Source: Octopus sinensis
Lineage: Eukaryota
Direction: 5' to 3'
Assembly (NCBI RefSeq): GCF_006345805.1
Contig: NC_043005.1
Coordinates: 12,524,001-12,588,000, forward strand
DNA: 64,000 bases
This document shows, one piece after another, positions 38,522 through 50,722 of this stretch. A model generated the notes under the pieces. That model made no database searches, had not been told where the DNA came from, and saw nothing but the letters and a program-made list of their open reading frames with translations. The position numbers and the translations under genes are program-made. Position 1 is the stretch's first letter, and every line of letters begins with the position of its first letter.

Positions 38522-39566
38522 TCTGCTACTCTTCATAATTTACGTAAACGACCTTTCCAGTGTCGTACATTACTGCAAAGTGAAAATATTTGCTGATGAC
38601 ACTAAGCTCCAGCAAATCGTCAATGAAGAAGGAGACCGAACTCAACTCCAGTCTGATCTATATGCTGTGAGTCACTGGGCAGACAGAAACAAAATGCAAC
38701 TGAATGAGGGAAAATTTGGGCTGATGCATTTTGGAAGAAATTCCTCACTAAAACAACCATACTCTCTTCCTTCAGGGTAACCGCTCACAGCCTCTAACAA
38801 TATCAGAGACCTGGGTGTAATTGTTGATGACGATCTCAGTTGGAGTGCACACATCAACAAGAAGGTCGATATAGCTCGGAGGATGAGTTCCTGGATCTTA
38901 AGAACTTTCCGGTCCAGAGAACAAGGTGTCATCATACCACTTTTTTCCTCCTTTGTACGGCCACACCTTGAATACTGCTGCCCACTGTGGTCTCCTCACA
39001 CAAGACAAAACATCTCCAGAATTGAGTCACCCCAGAGGGCACTCACTAAACAAATTGAAGGCATGGCTGCTCTCGATTATTGGGATCGCCTTAAAGCCTT
39101 GAAACTTTACTCCCACCAGCGAGGCCGTGAGCGGTACATCATTTGTACGATGTGGAAAATATACCGCCAACTTTGCCCAAACGACCTAAACATTAGCTTC
39201 AAGGTTCATCCAAGACTTGGACCACGGGGTATACGTCCCCTGCCCAATTCAAGATCACAACATACATGTACACTGCAACATAATTTCTTTTCCTTAACAG
39301 GCCCTGCCCTATTTAACATTGTCCCGAGGGAGATCAAAGAGGAAAAGGATCCCATCAACTTTAAACAGTCTGGATAGATTCCTTCAAAGAATACCAGATA
39401 AGCCACCCATAATTGGATACAACTCACCCAACAAGAACTCACTACTTGAACAAAACTTGACTTAAACAGGATTCGAATAATCCTATCAGGTGGTGGTCTA
39501 AAGTTAGACATGGCCTGGACCAATCTTTGGTCGAAACATATCTAAGTTTATCTAAGTCTAAGTTTA
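38522..39566 (+). mobile_element. 5'-truncated CR1-group LINE (RT C-terminal half plus 3' UTR)
   Basis: LLFIIYVNDL ... IFADDTKL ... LQSDL ... IRDLGVIVDDDLSW ... FVRPHLEYCCPLWSPH ... ERYIIC; short (CTAAGT)-like 3' tail; (TA)n on both flanks. Confidence 0.92.
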
Positions 39567-39606
39567 TTTCTATATAATTGTATGCAATATATTATATATA
39601 TATATA

Positions 39607-39663
<57 letters not shown>

Positions 39664-39704
39664 TTGTATATATATATATATTTGTATATACGTATATATA
39701 TATT

Positions 39705-39738
<34 letters not shown>

Positions 39739-40179
39739 TTATACATATATCTATATATACATATTATGTATATATATATATTTATATATATTTATTTATA
39801 TATATATATATATATATAGACAGATAGATAGATAGATAGATAATAGATATATGATAGATAGATAGATAGATAGTATATATTTATATATATATAGTATATG
39901 TATATATATTATATATATATATATATATTATATCTATATATATATGTATATAATACACACACATACACATGCACGTATGTGTGTATGACGTACCACTGCG
40001 CGCGTACGTGTGTCTCTTTATACCCACTACCACCATCCCCGCCACTTGGAACTGGTTTTGGTGTTGTTAGTAACCTATAGTTCAGCAACAAAGATAGGAT
40101 ATACCTAGCTTGAAACATATATCGGTGTCAATTAGTTCGACCTCATATGTGTAATGATTGAAGCTAGTACACGATAATA

Positions 40180-40832
40180 CACACATATTTTCATCAATAC
40201 ATTCATACATATGCATATATATGCACATACATACACACATGCAACATACTACATACATACGTACATACTACTACATACATACACATACATCTATGCCATG
40301 CATGCATACATACATGTACTACATACATACATACACATACCCATACATACATACACACATACATACCACCATACATTGGACATACATGGTCTTGCATGCA
40401 TGTTGCTTGCCATGCATGCTGCTGCATACATACATACATACTACATAGCATACATACATACAATAGCAGATACATACATACATACCTACATACATACATA
40501 AAAAAACATACATACTACCTACATGCATGTCATGCATACATACATACATACATACATACACCTACTACATGCATGCATGGTGCATGCATGCATACTACTA
40601 CATACAGAATTACATCCATACATACATACATATCAAATACACATACACATACATTATACATCATACATACATACATCATACTACATACATACATAACATA
40701 CATACAGCACATACATACATACATACATACATACATACATACATACATACATACATACATACATACATACATACATACATACATCCATACATACATACAT
40801 ACATACATACAAACATACATACATACATACAT
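40180..40832. repeat. Long degenerate (TACA)n / (CATG) array
   Basis: Read directly from the sequence. Confidence 0.93.
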
Positions 40833-41372
40833 ACAGCTTCTATATCCGGATCTCAAATTTATATTTTTATCAATAACAATTGTGGCACTCGGTTTAGTAA
40901 GTAAAGTATTTATTTACTACCCACAAGGGGCTAAACACAGAGAGGACAAACAAGGACAGACAAACGGATTAAGTCGATATTGACTCCAGTGCGTAACTGG
41001 TACTTAATTTATCGACCCCTAAAGGATGAAAGGCAAAGTCGACCTCGGCGGAATTTGAACTCAGAACGTAACGGCAGACGAAATACGGCTACGCATTTCG
41101 CCCGGCGTGCTAACGTTTCTGCCAGTTCGCCGCCTTTGTTCGGTTTTGTAAGTAAATGCCTAACTGTCAGTTTGGATAAGCTTGAATTTTCAGAAGTAAT
41201 CGCCCAACTGATTCGTACCTTACAAATACAACCTGTATGCGGAACAGTATATCTATGCAAGACTTTTCTCAGTTTCAATCGTTTTCTTTATCTACATTCC
41301 AAAAGCATAACTTTCTATCTTTGTTAGAAACCAGCTCCGTCTTCAGAGGAAGAATGTCAAGGATTAAACACA
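40833..41372 (+). mobile_element. R4/Dong-like 3' fragment (restriction-like endonuclease C-terminus) interrupted by SINE A (about 40909-41125, minus)
   Basis: QLLYPDLKFIFLSITIVALG-[SINE]-FVSKCLTVSLDKLEFSEVIAQLIRTLQIQPVCGTVYLCKTFLSF. TSD tcggttt(a/t)gtaagtaaa at 40889-40905 and 41140-41156. Confidence 0.8.
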
Positions 41373-41429
41373 TACATACATATACATACATACATACATA
41401 CATACATACATACATACATACATACAAGA

Positions 41430-42075
41430 ACTATATAATGAGAGCCGTCGGAAGGATAACCCCGACGACAAAGAAATAGGAACTCACGGTATGGCAGAAG
41501 CAATAGGCAGTGAAAACCTCAATAAAATATAAACATATCAGACTTCATATAATGATTTTTTAGGAAAAGAGAAACTGTGTTTAGTTGTAAAAATCACCTG
41601 CGCGGCGGATGTTAACATAAAGCTAAAGATCAGCGAAAATTGAATATCTATGCTGAACTACTGAGAAACCTGCAGTTACTCTATTTAGTTTGCAAGTTCA
41701 GGTATTTATCTGTAATTACTGAGGCACTGAGTTATGTAACACACTGCCTAAATACTAATCATGAGAAAACAGGCTTCTCAAAAGCAGAAAGGAGAAAGTT
41801 GATTCGAAGACTACAAATTCAAACCATCACTGAAACTGTAAAAGTCTGTGAAACTTTCAAAAGTTAATTATTAAAGTATATATGAACATGTATAGGCATG
41901 CAACTGTAAACGTGAACATACATACATAAAGGAAAACATGCAAATCTGTACGTATACATACATGCATGTCCAGTTGATGTTGAAATTCCAGCAAAGGAGA
42001 CCTGAATCTAGGTTAGAAACTGGCTTTTTCTCTACTACCATCAAATCTTGAAATAAAACTGAATAATGATATACA
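41430..42075 (+). mobile_element. R4/Dong-like 3' fragment (RLE domain plus 3' UTR)
   Basis: KHIRLHIMIF (degenerate HNRPDI) ... LVVKITCAADVNIKLKISE ... YAELLRNLQLLY ... RRLQIQTITETVKVCETF, then a UTR ending gaaataaaactgaataatgatatacatacat. Confidence 0.8.
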
Positions 42076-42100
42076 TACATATATATATGTATATTTAGAT

Positions 42101-42148
<48 letters not shown>

Positions 42149-42622
42149 TTATATATACATATATACATGCACACATACATAGATACAGACATATAAGATA
42201 TTTCAGAATGTATTCAGATATCCAGATATTTGGTAGTTCCGAAGAAAACACGTTCCAATCAGTGGCTAATAGAATATAAACGTGGAACTCGGAAAGCTTA
42301 ATCATGAGATCTTCAGGCATGACTTGTTAACGAATATTGAACATTTGCGTACCGACTTTTGTGATGTTACGATCCACGTCCAATCAACATAAATGTACAT
42401 ATATACATACATACATACATACATACATACATACATACATACATACATACGTACATACATACATACATACGTACATACATACGTACGTACCTACCTACCT
42501 ACATACATACATACATACATACATACATACATACATACATACATACATACATACATACATACATACACACATACATACATACATACATACATACATACAT
42601 ACATACATACATACATACATAC

Positions 42623-42830
42623 TGCCTATATACCAATCTTCAGAAATTAGGCTTCTCAAAACCAAAAAGGAGAAACCTAATTCGAAGACTAGAGATCCAA
42701 TCCATCACCGGAACTGTAAAAATCTGTAAAATTTTCCAGAAGTTTATCATTTAACTATATATGAGCATGTCTACATATGCAACAATATGCATGAGAATAC
42801 ATACATAAAGCACATATATACATACATTCA
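42623..42830 (+). mobile_element. R4/Dong-like short 3' fragment
   Basis: CLYTNLQKLGFSKPKRRNLIRRLEIQSITGTVKICKIFQKF; lies inside TACA repeats. Confidence 0.8.
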
Positions 42831-42844
42831 TACATACATATATA

Positions 42845-42895
42845 GGTGGCTGCCCCCTCGTTATCGAGTATGGCCATTGCACGAAGCTTAATCAA
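42845..42895 (-). mobile_element. RTE 3' terminus (same family as 28252)
   Basis: ggctgccccctcgttatcgagtatggccattgcacgaagcttaa matches 28256-28299. Confidence 0.75.
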
Positions 42896-43352
42896 TGTTG
42901 TTACCGTGCAATGCCTGTGCAAGAAGATTTTTTTTAAAGTGAGGAAAGGCTGTGCACTGAGTCAATCCCACTCACTAAGCAACAGCAGTCATAATCCGAA
43001 AAGAAGAACAAGTCAACATCATCGGTAACCACTGAGCCGCAGGTTTTATGTTGGATTTATCCCAGTTACTTGAGTTACCTTCTCCTAGAAGGATGCCCTA
43101 ACAAAGGCTAGGAGTCCTTCACGCCCAATGGTTTAACCGCTTGATTGGGTATTCAGTCCGATTATTTCTATGTCCCCGCGCATGATATAGCCTTAAGACA
43201 TTTATTTGATGGTCGTTGACTCACAAGAGTTCATCTGCCCTTTGACGGGCTTTGTTTTTCATCCCGCAGGGTGTCTAATAAACACTCTCCTGACCAAGCA
43301 AGCTTGCTGGGGTTGCCGGTTTAGTCGCCGACGACCCGACATACATACATAC

Positions 43353-43383
<31 letters not shown>

Positions 43384-43424
43384 CATACATACATACATAC
43401 ATACATACATACATACATACAAAA

Positions 43425-43535
43425 AATACCCAGTTGTTGATGTTGAAATTCCAATGAAGGAACCTTGTATCGAGGTTAGAAACCGGTTCTTTCTCTATTG
43501 GCCAGAAATCTTGAAATAAACTGAATAATGACATA
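43425..43535 (+). mobile_element. Isolated R4/Dong-like 3' UTR terminus
   Basis: gttgatgttgaaattccaatgaagg ... cttgaaataaactgaataatgacatacat matches 41972-42075; flanked by TACA repeats. Confidence 0.78.
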
Positions 43536-44164
43536 CATGCGTATGTACATTTACACACGTACATGCACTCACACACACACAAGTGTAAATATATTTCACT
43601 CGTATTTAGTTTTTATCAGTTAATATTTCAACCGGAGGTGAGACGTCTGTGTCGCTAAATATGGAAAACTACTAGAAATTAATATGTCTGTACGTTTGTT
43701 ATTTATGTATTAACACATTGATGTACAATCTATATTGTTAAACATTAAATATATTATCAAACTTTATATGATATTTTGTTAAATGTCACGTAATTATATA
43801 TCTTATTGTTTCCCAGTAAATGAAGTTGGCGATAATCTATGTGTTCAAGTGTGTGTGCGTGTGTTTGTGTGTATGAGTGTAAATGTACACGCACACATAC
43901 ACAGATATGCTTATATATATGTATGTACGTATATATGTATGTATATCTCTAAATGCACACATAATTCAATAGCTCTATTGTCTGCGATTATTTAGGTTAT
44001 TTGCATCTGTCAAATACTTACTGTCTTCACTGTATTTTGAGAAAGTTGAAGAATAAATACACACACACAATCACAAACGCACAAATACACATTTATACAC
44101 ACAATAATGAAGAAATACATATATATATATATATATGTATATACGTATATGTGTGTATGTGTGC

Positions 44165-44198
<34 letters not shown>

Positions 44199-44339
44199 GC
44201 ACACATAATCACGTTAATAGCTTAGGAGTGAAATTTAGGATTTCTCGGTTTTCTGAAAACCGATTTTGATAAAAACCTTTCCCAGCTAGATTACACATTA
44301 TGTAACACTATAGTTATGTTTTCATTATTCTTTTATTCT

Positions 44340-44720
44340 AAGGCGGTGAGCTAGCAGAATCTTTAGCACGCCGGGCGAAATACTTAGCGGTATTTTGTTC
44401 TGAGTACAAATTCCACCGAGGTCGACTTTGCCTTTCATCCATTCGGGGGCGATAAATTAAATACCAGTTACGCACTGGGGTCGATATAATCGTCTTAATC
44501 CGTTTGTATGTCCTTGTTTGACCTCTCTGTGTTTAACCCCTTGTGGGTAGTAAAGAAATAGGTATATCGTCTATCTCCTACGTTCTGAGTTCAAATTCCG
44601 CCGAGGTCAACTTTGCTTTTCATTCTTTTAGCGTCGATAAATTAAGTACCAGTTACTTACTGGGATCGACGTAGTCGACTGGCCTGTCTTCGCCAAAATT
44701 TCAGGCCTTGTGCCAAGAGT
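44340..44720 (+). mobile_element. Dimeric SINE family A
   Basis: A full unit is followed at aaagaaata|ggtat by a second, headless unit ending in the alternative tail gactggcctgtcttcgccaaaatttcaggccttgtg. Confidence 0.88.
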
Positions 44721-44747
44721 GGAAAATATTATTCTGTGTGACGTAAT

Positions 44748-45959
44748 TTCTTTTTTTTATTTCAGATTCTTCAGTTTTTTTGGTGAACCACACTAATAGC
44801 GTCTCTCCTCTCTAAGAACAATGGGACGTGGAAAAGGCCATCACGATTAGGAGAAATCTGTCATCATCAAGGAATGTGCTAAAGGCAACCTCCCTTCATG
44901 TGATTGTGGAGAAGGTAGGTCGTCATGTGAACACGGTAAGACGATTCCTGAAGGACCGTACACCAACGAAGAAATGATCCGCTTGTGGGATATCCAAGAC
45001 TGTGGCAGCTAAGGATTTAAGGAATATTGGCTGCAAGTTACGCAAGAAATCTGGACAAATAAGCAAAGTAATTTTCGCCGTCTCCAGACTTCTTCATGTA
45101 CCGAAAACCATGAAAAATCGCATACTCGAACCATCGCTTCTCCTCAAACTGCCTCCTTTAACGCCCCATCACAGGAGTTTCTGGCTTCAATAAGCCCCAG
45201 AATGCCTCACGTTTGACATGAGTTGTGTTCTGCTCACTGACGAAACCACGGTGACCCTTGATGGACCTAACGGTTGAGAAGATGACTGGGTCTATTTTGG
45301 AGATGAGCGTCGCCAACGTTTACGACATCAACAACAGGGTGGAGTAGCTATGTTGTGGGCTGGTATCATTGAGGACAGACTTGTTGGCCCATTCGAGGTG
45401 TCTAAAGATGTTAAGGTGACCACAGCCACCTACTCCAATCTCCTGAAGGAGGTCTTGGATCCCTGGCTAGATTACATACCGCTGTCATTTCTAAAGAATC
45501 TCTTATTCATGCACGGCAACGCTCTCTCTCACCCTACTAGGATCACCCAAACACTACTAGGGTCCTACGACATACAAGGTGTGGCTGCCGGCTTCTCTGG
45601 ATCTCAACCCTATCGAAAATATTTGGTCCATCATTGAACAAAATGTTCGTCAATTTACGTCGAAAGATGTCCTATGGGCGACCATTAAAGCTGCAGCAGA
45701 GGCAGTACAGCCTGCTACTATTAAGAAATTGTCAGATTCCATGTGTAATAGGGTTTTTAATTATCCGTCGAAATGGCGCTCATGTGGCTAAATAATTCAT
45801 TATGTCAATAAATGTTATAATATCATTATGGTTTTCTGTTAAATATATACTCAATGTATATATCATTACTCTAACTTTTCTGAAAGAAAAATCTGTAGAT
45901 GGGTTATAAGCTATTAGCGTGGTTCACCCAAAAACTGAAGAATCTGCAATAAAAAAGAA
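44748..45959 (+). mobile_element. Tc1-like DNA transposon relic (DD34E type) with inverted repeats
   Basis: ATG at 44821. Motifs VLLTDET ... LDGP, GGVAMLWAGI, FMHGNA (second D replaced by G) and WLPASLDLNPIENIWSII. Inverted repeats at 44748-44800 and 45910-45959. Confidence 0.9.
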
Positions 45960-46019
45960 CGGACAGTACACAGAATAATGAAAACATAACAAGGGTGTTG
46001 CCATAGCGCGTATTGTGTA

Positions 46020-46115
46020 TTATGTGCTCAACCACTTGCACGTAAATTTTACGAAGAGGCTGTTCCGTTGTTCGGATCAACTGGGAGCCTCGTCGCCGTA
46101 ACCGACGGAGTGACA
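46020..46115 (+). mobile_element. 3' fragment of SINE family C
   Basis: gtgctcaaccacttgcacgtaa ... ttcggatcaactgggagcctcgtcgccgtaaccgacggagtg. Confidence 0.75.
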
Positions 46116-46823
46116 CGACGATATATAATGTACTGTTCCGTGACAGAAATTTCAACTGAACAAATACTCGATCCGGTGAGAGATATTTATTTAAAGGACA
46201 GACTACCTGTCTTTATGTGCTACTAATAGTTTCATATGCTGGGAAATATCTCAAACATAATCATCAGACAGAAACCATATATCATAACGAGCTACTATTG
46301 TGTTCTTGTATATATATAGAGAGAGATATAGATATACGAAAGTCTATGAGAATACACTTTTTGAAGTGTAAAGATGTTTTGTTTTCAGTTATTTTTTAAA
46401 TGTTATGAAGCCATTTATGAGGATGTTACTAATCTTTTTTCCGAAGATTTTTTCTAGTATGTGAGCGCTTTCGGTTAGCCTTTTTCAAACACACTTGCTT
46501 TTGTATGTGTGTGTCTGTGTGTCTATGTGTCTGTGTCTGTGTGTATGCAAGAGCATACATATATATGTATGTATTTATGTCTGTAGTTAAGTATGTATAA
46601 ATATATGTAGGAATACACGTATGTTTCTGTGCGAATGCATGTATTTGTGTACTTGGAAGGACACATTTTATTTTCACTTAAGAAATGTATTGAAAAGACT
46701 GTTCAAGTATTGTCTTTGTCATAAATTTTTAATACTGTTCTATATTTTAGAGATGAGGAATTCTGTACATTATTTACATTATTTACATTGGACGGTTATG
46801 TGTCCTCATTTTGTTTGTTGTTA

Positions 46824-46867
46824 CCACAACGTTTCGGCTGATTTACTCTTCAGCCCTCATCAGGTGA
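46824..46867 (-). ncRNA. Minimal type I hammerhead ribozyme motif (canonical core)
   Basis: Minus strand tcac-CTGATGA-g-ggctga[agagtaaa]tcagcc-GAAAC-GT-T-gtgg: 6-bp stem II and palindromic AACGTT stem III. Confidence 0.78.
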
Positions 46868-47020
46868 ATAATGTAAATAATGTATAATTTTTTACTGTTT
46901 TCATATAAGCTCCTTGCTTCCTCTTTGGTACTTTAGAGAAACCTAAATCAGTCATCAATGTTTCTTATACCTCATAGTCACATTGACACGCTGTTGTGAT
47001 GTCGGGGTTTATTACTAAGT

Positions 47021-47253
47021 AAGGCGGCGAGCTGGCAGAAACGTTAGCACGCCGGGCGAAATGCTTAGCAGTATTTCATCTGCCACTACATTCTGAGTTC
47101 AAATTCCGCCGAGGTCGACTTTGCATTTCATCCTTTCGGGGTCGATTAATTAAGTACCAGTTACGCACTGGGGTCGATATAATCGACTTAATCCGTTTGT
47201 CTGTCCTTGTTTGTCCTCTCTGTGTTTAGCCTCTTGTGGGTAGTAAATAAATA
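47021..47253 (+). mobile_element. SINE family A, full length, 17-bp TSD
   Basis: ggggtttat(t/a)actaagt at 47004-47020 and 47254-47270. Confidence 0.94.
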
Positions 47254-47950
47254 GGGGTTTATAACTAAGTGTTTACAGTAATCAGGGTCAATATGATGGA
47301 TCTTTTCAGATTGGCCGCTAATTTTCAATCGTTTCAAATCCTACTCGAACTGTTTCATTATTTGATGTAATGATATGGTTTTATATGCTAATCACTGCTT
47401 TGAAATTCATTTTCGTATTAAATCATCAAATACAAAATTATTAGCGTTTAAAATTTGAAAACTTTGGGTAATTTTGTGTAATTTTGGGTAATTCTGGGAA
47501 AAGTGATATCCCTGCTGAGATTCAGCTTGGAAAACTACATTGTAAAGCATTCATATAAAGCAGACTAGCACATTAACACATGGTCTTACTTACTTACTTT
47601 GGCGATTAGTTATTAATTATAAAAATAAATATGCGAGGTCGCACGGCCTCATTGTTAATGAAATCGAGGGTTCGTTTCTCGGACATGGCGGTGCGTTGTG
47701 TTCTTGAGAAAAACATACCACACGTTTCTCTAGAATAACTTCGATATCTGACGTGTAACACACCATGCACTCGTACAGACAATGTTGATTTGATGGAGGG
47801 AGTGAGCTCGAACACTTGATCACTATAAACAAATCTTCTGTGCAGGTTGTTTAGTAAGAATTTGCCCAACTTTGTCTTCCTCAGGCACTAGAAAGAAACA
47901 TTAAATGAAAATAAGTAATTGATGCTCAACGCAGCGTGAATAAGAATAAT

Positions 47951-47994
<44 letters not shown>

Positions 47995-47999
47995 TATAT

Positions 48000-48185
48000 A
48001 TACTCTTTTACTCTTTTACTTGTTTCAGTCATTTGACTGTGGCCATGCTGGAGCACCGCCTTTAATCGAGCAACTCGACCCCGGGACTTATTCTTTTGTA
48101 AGCCCAGTACTTATTCTATCGGTCTCTTTTGCCGAACCGCTAAGTTACGGGGCCGTAACACACCAGCATCGGTTGTCAAGCAAAT
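48000..48185 (-). mobile_element. 5'-truncated SINE family B
   Basis: ctcttttacttgtttcagtcatttgactgtggccatgctggagcaccgcc ... caccagcatcggttgtcaagc. Confidence 0.88.
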
Positions 48186-48233
<48 letters not shown>

Positions 48234-49360
48234 GTATGTATGTATGTATGTATATGTATATATATATTCCAGGTCTAGCAGTGGTTGAAATAAGAATATG
48301 AACACATTCTTCCCATATTACTGATGTGTAGAAGTAAAAGAGAGAGAGAGTCTCTTGATAGACAGATTCAAGTTTTGTTGACTGCTCCGCAGAGAAGAGA
48401 TGATTGACTTCCTGCCGTAGTCAGTTATAGAGATCATTTGCTTATCAAGCAAACAATAAGCAGGCTAGCACATTAGTGGATAGCATAATTTACATATTTG
48501 TAAAATACCAACCACGTGGCCAGCAATTAGGCGAGGAAGAAAGTAGTCGCTTATATTGACCCCAGTAACTGGTTGGTTGAAAGGTTAAGTTAACCACAGT
48601 AATATTTGAACTCCGAAGTGAGGAACCGTAACTACACAACTCTAGGCATTTTGTCGAACGTTCTAAGGATTCTACCGAATTTGCTATCAGTAGCAGCGAA
48701 TACTCTCTTGAATTACATATTAAACGAACAGACTTTAAATATGGTAGAAATATTAGAAATATTATCTCTGAAATATGAATGAGATGGTCACGGTTTGATC
48801 GTCTCTGATCATATGTCTTTTCAATCAGAATGGATATGGGTCTAAATAACAACAGACGGTGAGAGTATTGTTAGACGAAATTAATAAATTGTCGCAGTAA
48901 CGGGAGAAGTGATAAAGAGAAGATGCCGATCAATAGAGTGAATGTGAGTGTCGAGTGACAAGCTGTAAATGGTGGCCTATCAGAAGAAAATATTCTCCTT
49001 ATGTAAAGTGTGTAGGTGTATGTGTGTTTGTGCGTATGAGTGTGTATGTGCTCGTGCGTGTGTGTGTGTGTGTGTGTGTTGTACGAGATATTTTCACTCT
49101 GATATATGAGTAGCGCTTTAATTGTGATTCTATCTGATCTTTATACAGGATCAGTAGCTGTTAAAGACTGAAGCAGTTTCTGGTTCTGAATTGGAAATTC
49201 AGCCACTGTGATATACGATAACGGCCATAAAGGCAATACTAGTATCAGATAAATGAATTGATATACATGCATACATTGTGTGTGCATAGATATATGTATG
49301 TAAACATGAATATGAAAGTACATACACATATACACAAAGCCGCACGCATATGTGTGTATG

Positions 49361-49400
<40 letters not shown>

Positions 49401-49564
49401 TGTGTGTGTGTGTGTATGTAATTTCATATGCTTACGTACACATATATAACGTTTATGCGTATAGGTGGGTATATCTATAAGTGTGTATTTGTGCATATAT
49501 ATATGTTTATATATCTTATATGTATATATATATGTGTATTTGTGTGTATATTTGTATATCTATG

Positions 49565-49633
<69 letters not shown>

Positions 49634-49634
49634 G

Positions 49635-49667
<33 letters not shown>

Positions 49668-50240
49668 TAGATAGATATATAATAGATAGATAGATAGATA
49701 GATAGATAGATTTATTTGTTTGTGTGTGTATATATATATGTATATATGTATTCATATGCATATATATATACATATATATATATGTGTGTGTGTGTGTGTG
49801 TTTGTGTGTGTAAAGGTATATATAGGTGTATGTCTGTGTATATATGGGTATATGTACAAAGGAGTGAAGGTAAAGAAGAGGGAGATAAAGAAAGAAAATG
49901 GATGACGAGGAACAGTGATAGAAACATCAAACAAAATAGGAATGAGATATGTGGATGATTATTGAAATGAGAGGAAAGAGAGTGAGAGATATATGAAGAC
50001 ATAAATGGTAGTAAAGAGAAGAGTAACCGTCTTACAATGATTTCCATTAATTAGTTATCTCCCTTAGATTCAGGTTTAGGCTTATTTCCCTTTTTCGTGA
50101 ACTTTAAATACATTTCAATTGCTGAAAGAATTTCGAGCTCATCATTAAGGTTTCTGAATATGAGTCTTGAGTTGGAAATAATAACAATGATATAATCAAT
50201 GATAAATCTCAGAGCGAGTTATAAACAGTAGCAGCAACAC

Positions 50241-50388
50241 ATCGTGACGTATATTTGCCATTTGAATGATAGGGCACAGAAAGTGTGTCTATAGCCAGCT
50301 GGAGGAGGTGTCCTCTTGGGGCTACAAACTACCGTAGCATCCGCCCTTAGGGGTTAGCCATATTCAAATGGCAAATATACGTAATGAT
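50241..50388. mobile_element. Small MITE-like element with a perfect 21-bp inverted repeat
   Basis: acgtatatttgccatttgaat (50247-50267) and its reverse complement (50362-50382). Confidence 0.65.
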
Positions 50389-50722
50389 ATAATCTTTATT
50401 AATAAAACAATAAGAAGTGACGCACACTTGATAAGTTTATCGATAAACAGATATGGTACGTTAGTTGAGAAATTCTTGTATTCAATCCTACTACAATATA
50501 GCTTGGATTAAGTATCATAGCCACCTATCAAACAAAGTCTTGGAACGGGAATTCAAAAAACTAAAAATTTCTTGTTCTTCTGTAATAAGCTTAATTCCTC
50601 GTTCAGTTTATTACCAGTGCTTTTAACGATGTGCTCTCTATTGAAAGAATTGAGGATACGTTTCTGATGTTAGGACAACCTTCTTCTTACACTTTACTAT
50701 TTTTGTTCACCTTGAAACTGTC

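Noticed and set aside
39505-39545. gaccaa[tct]ttggtc-GAAAC in the CR1 3' UTR as a hammerhead
   Set aside because: No CUGANGA upstream; better explained as an ordinary LINE 3' stem-loop.
47021-47110. tRNA genes at A-box/B-box motifs (also SINE B and C heads)
   Set aside because: No cloverleaf or acceptor stem; they continue into SINE bodies and carry TSDs.
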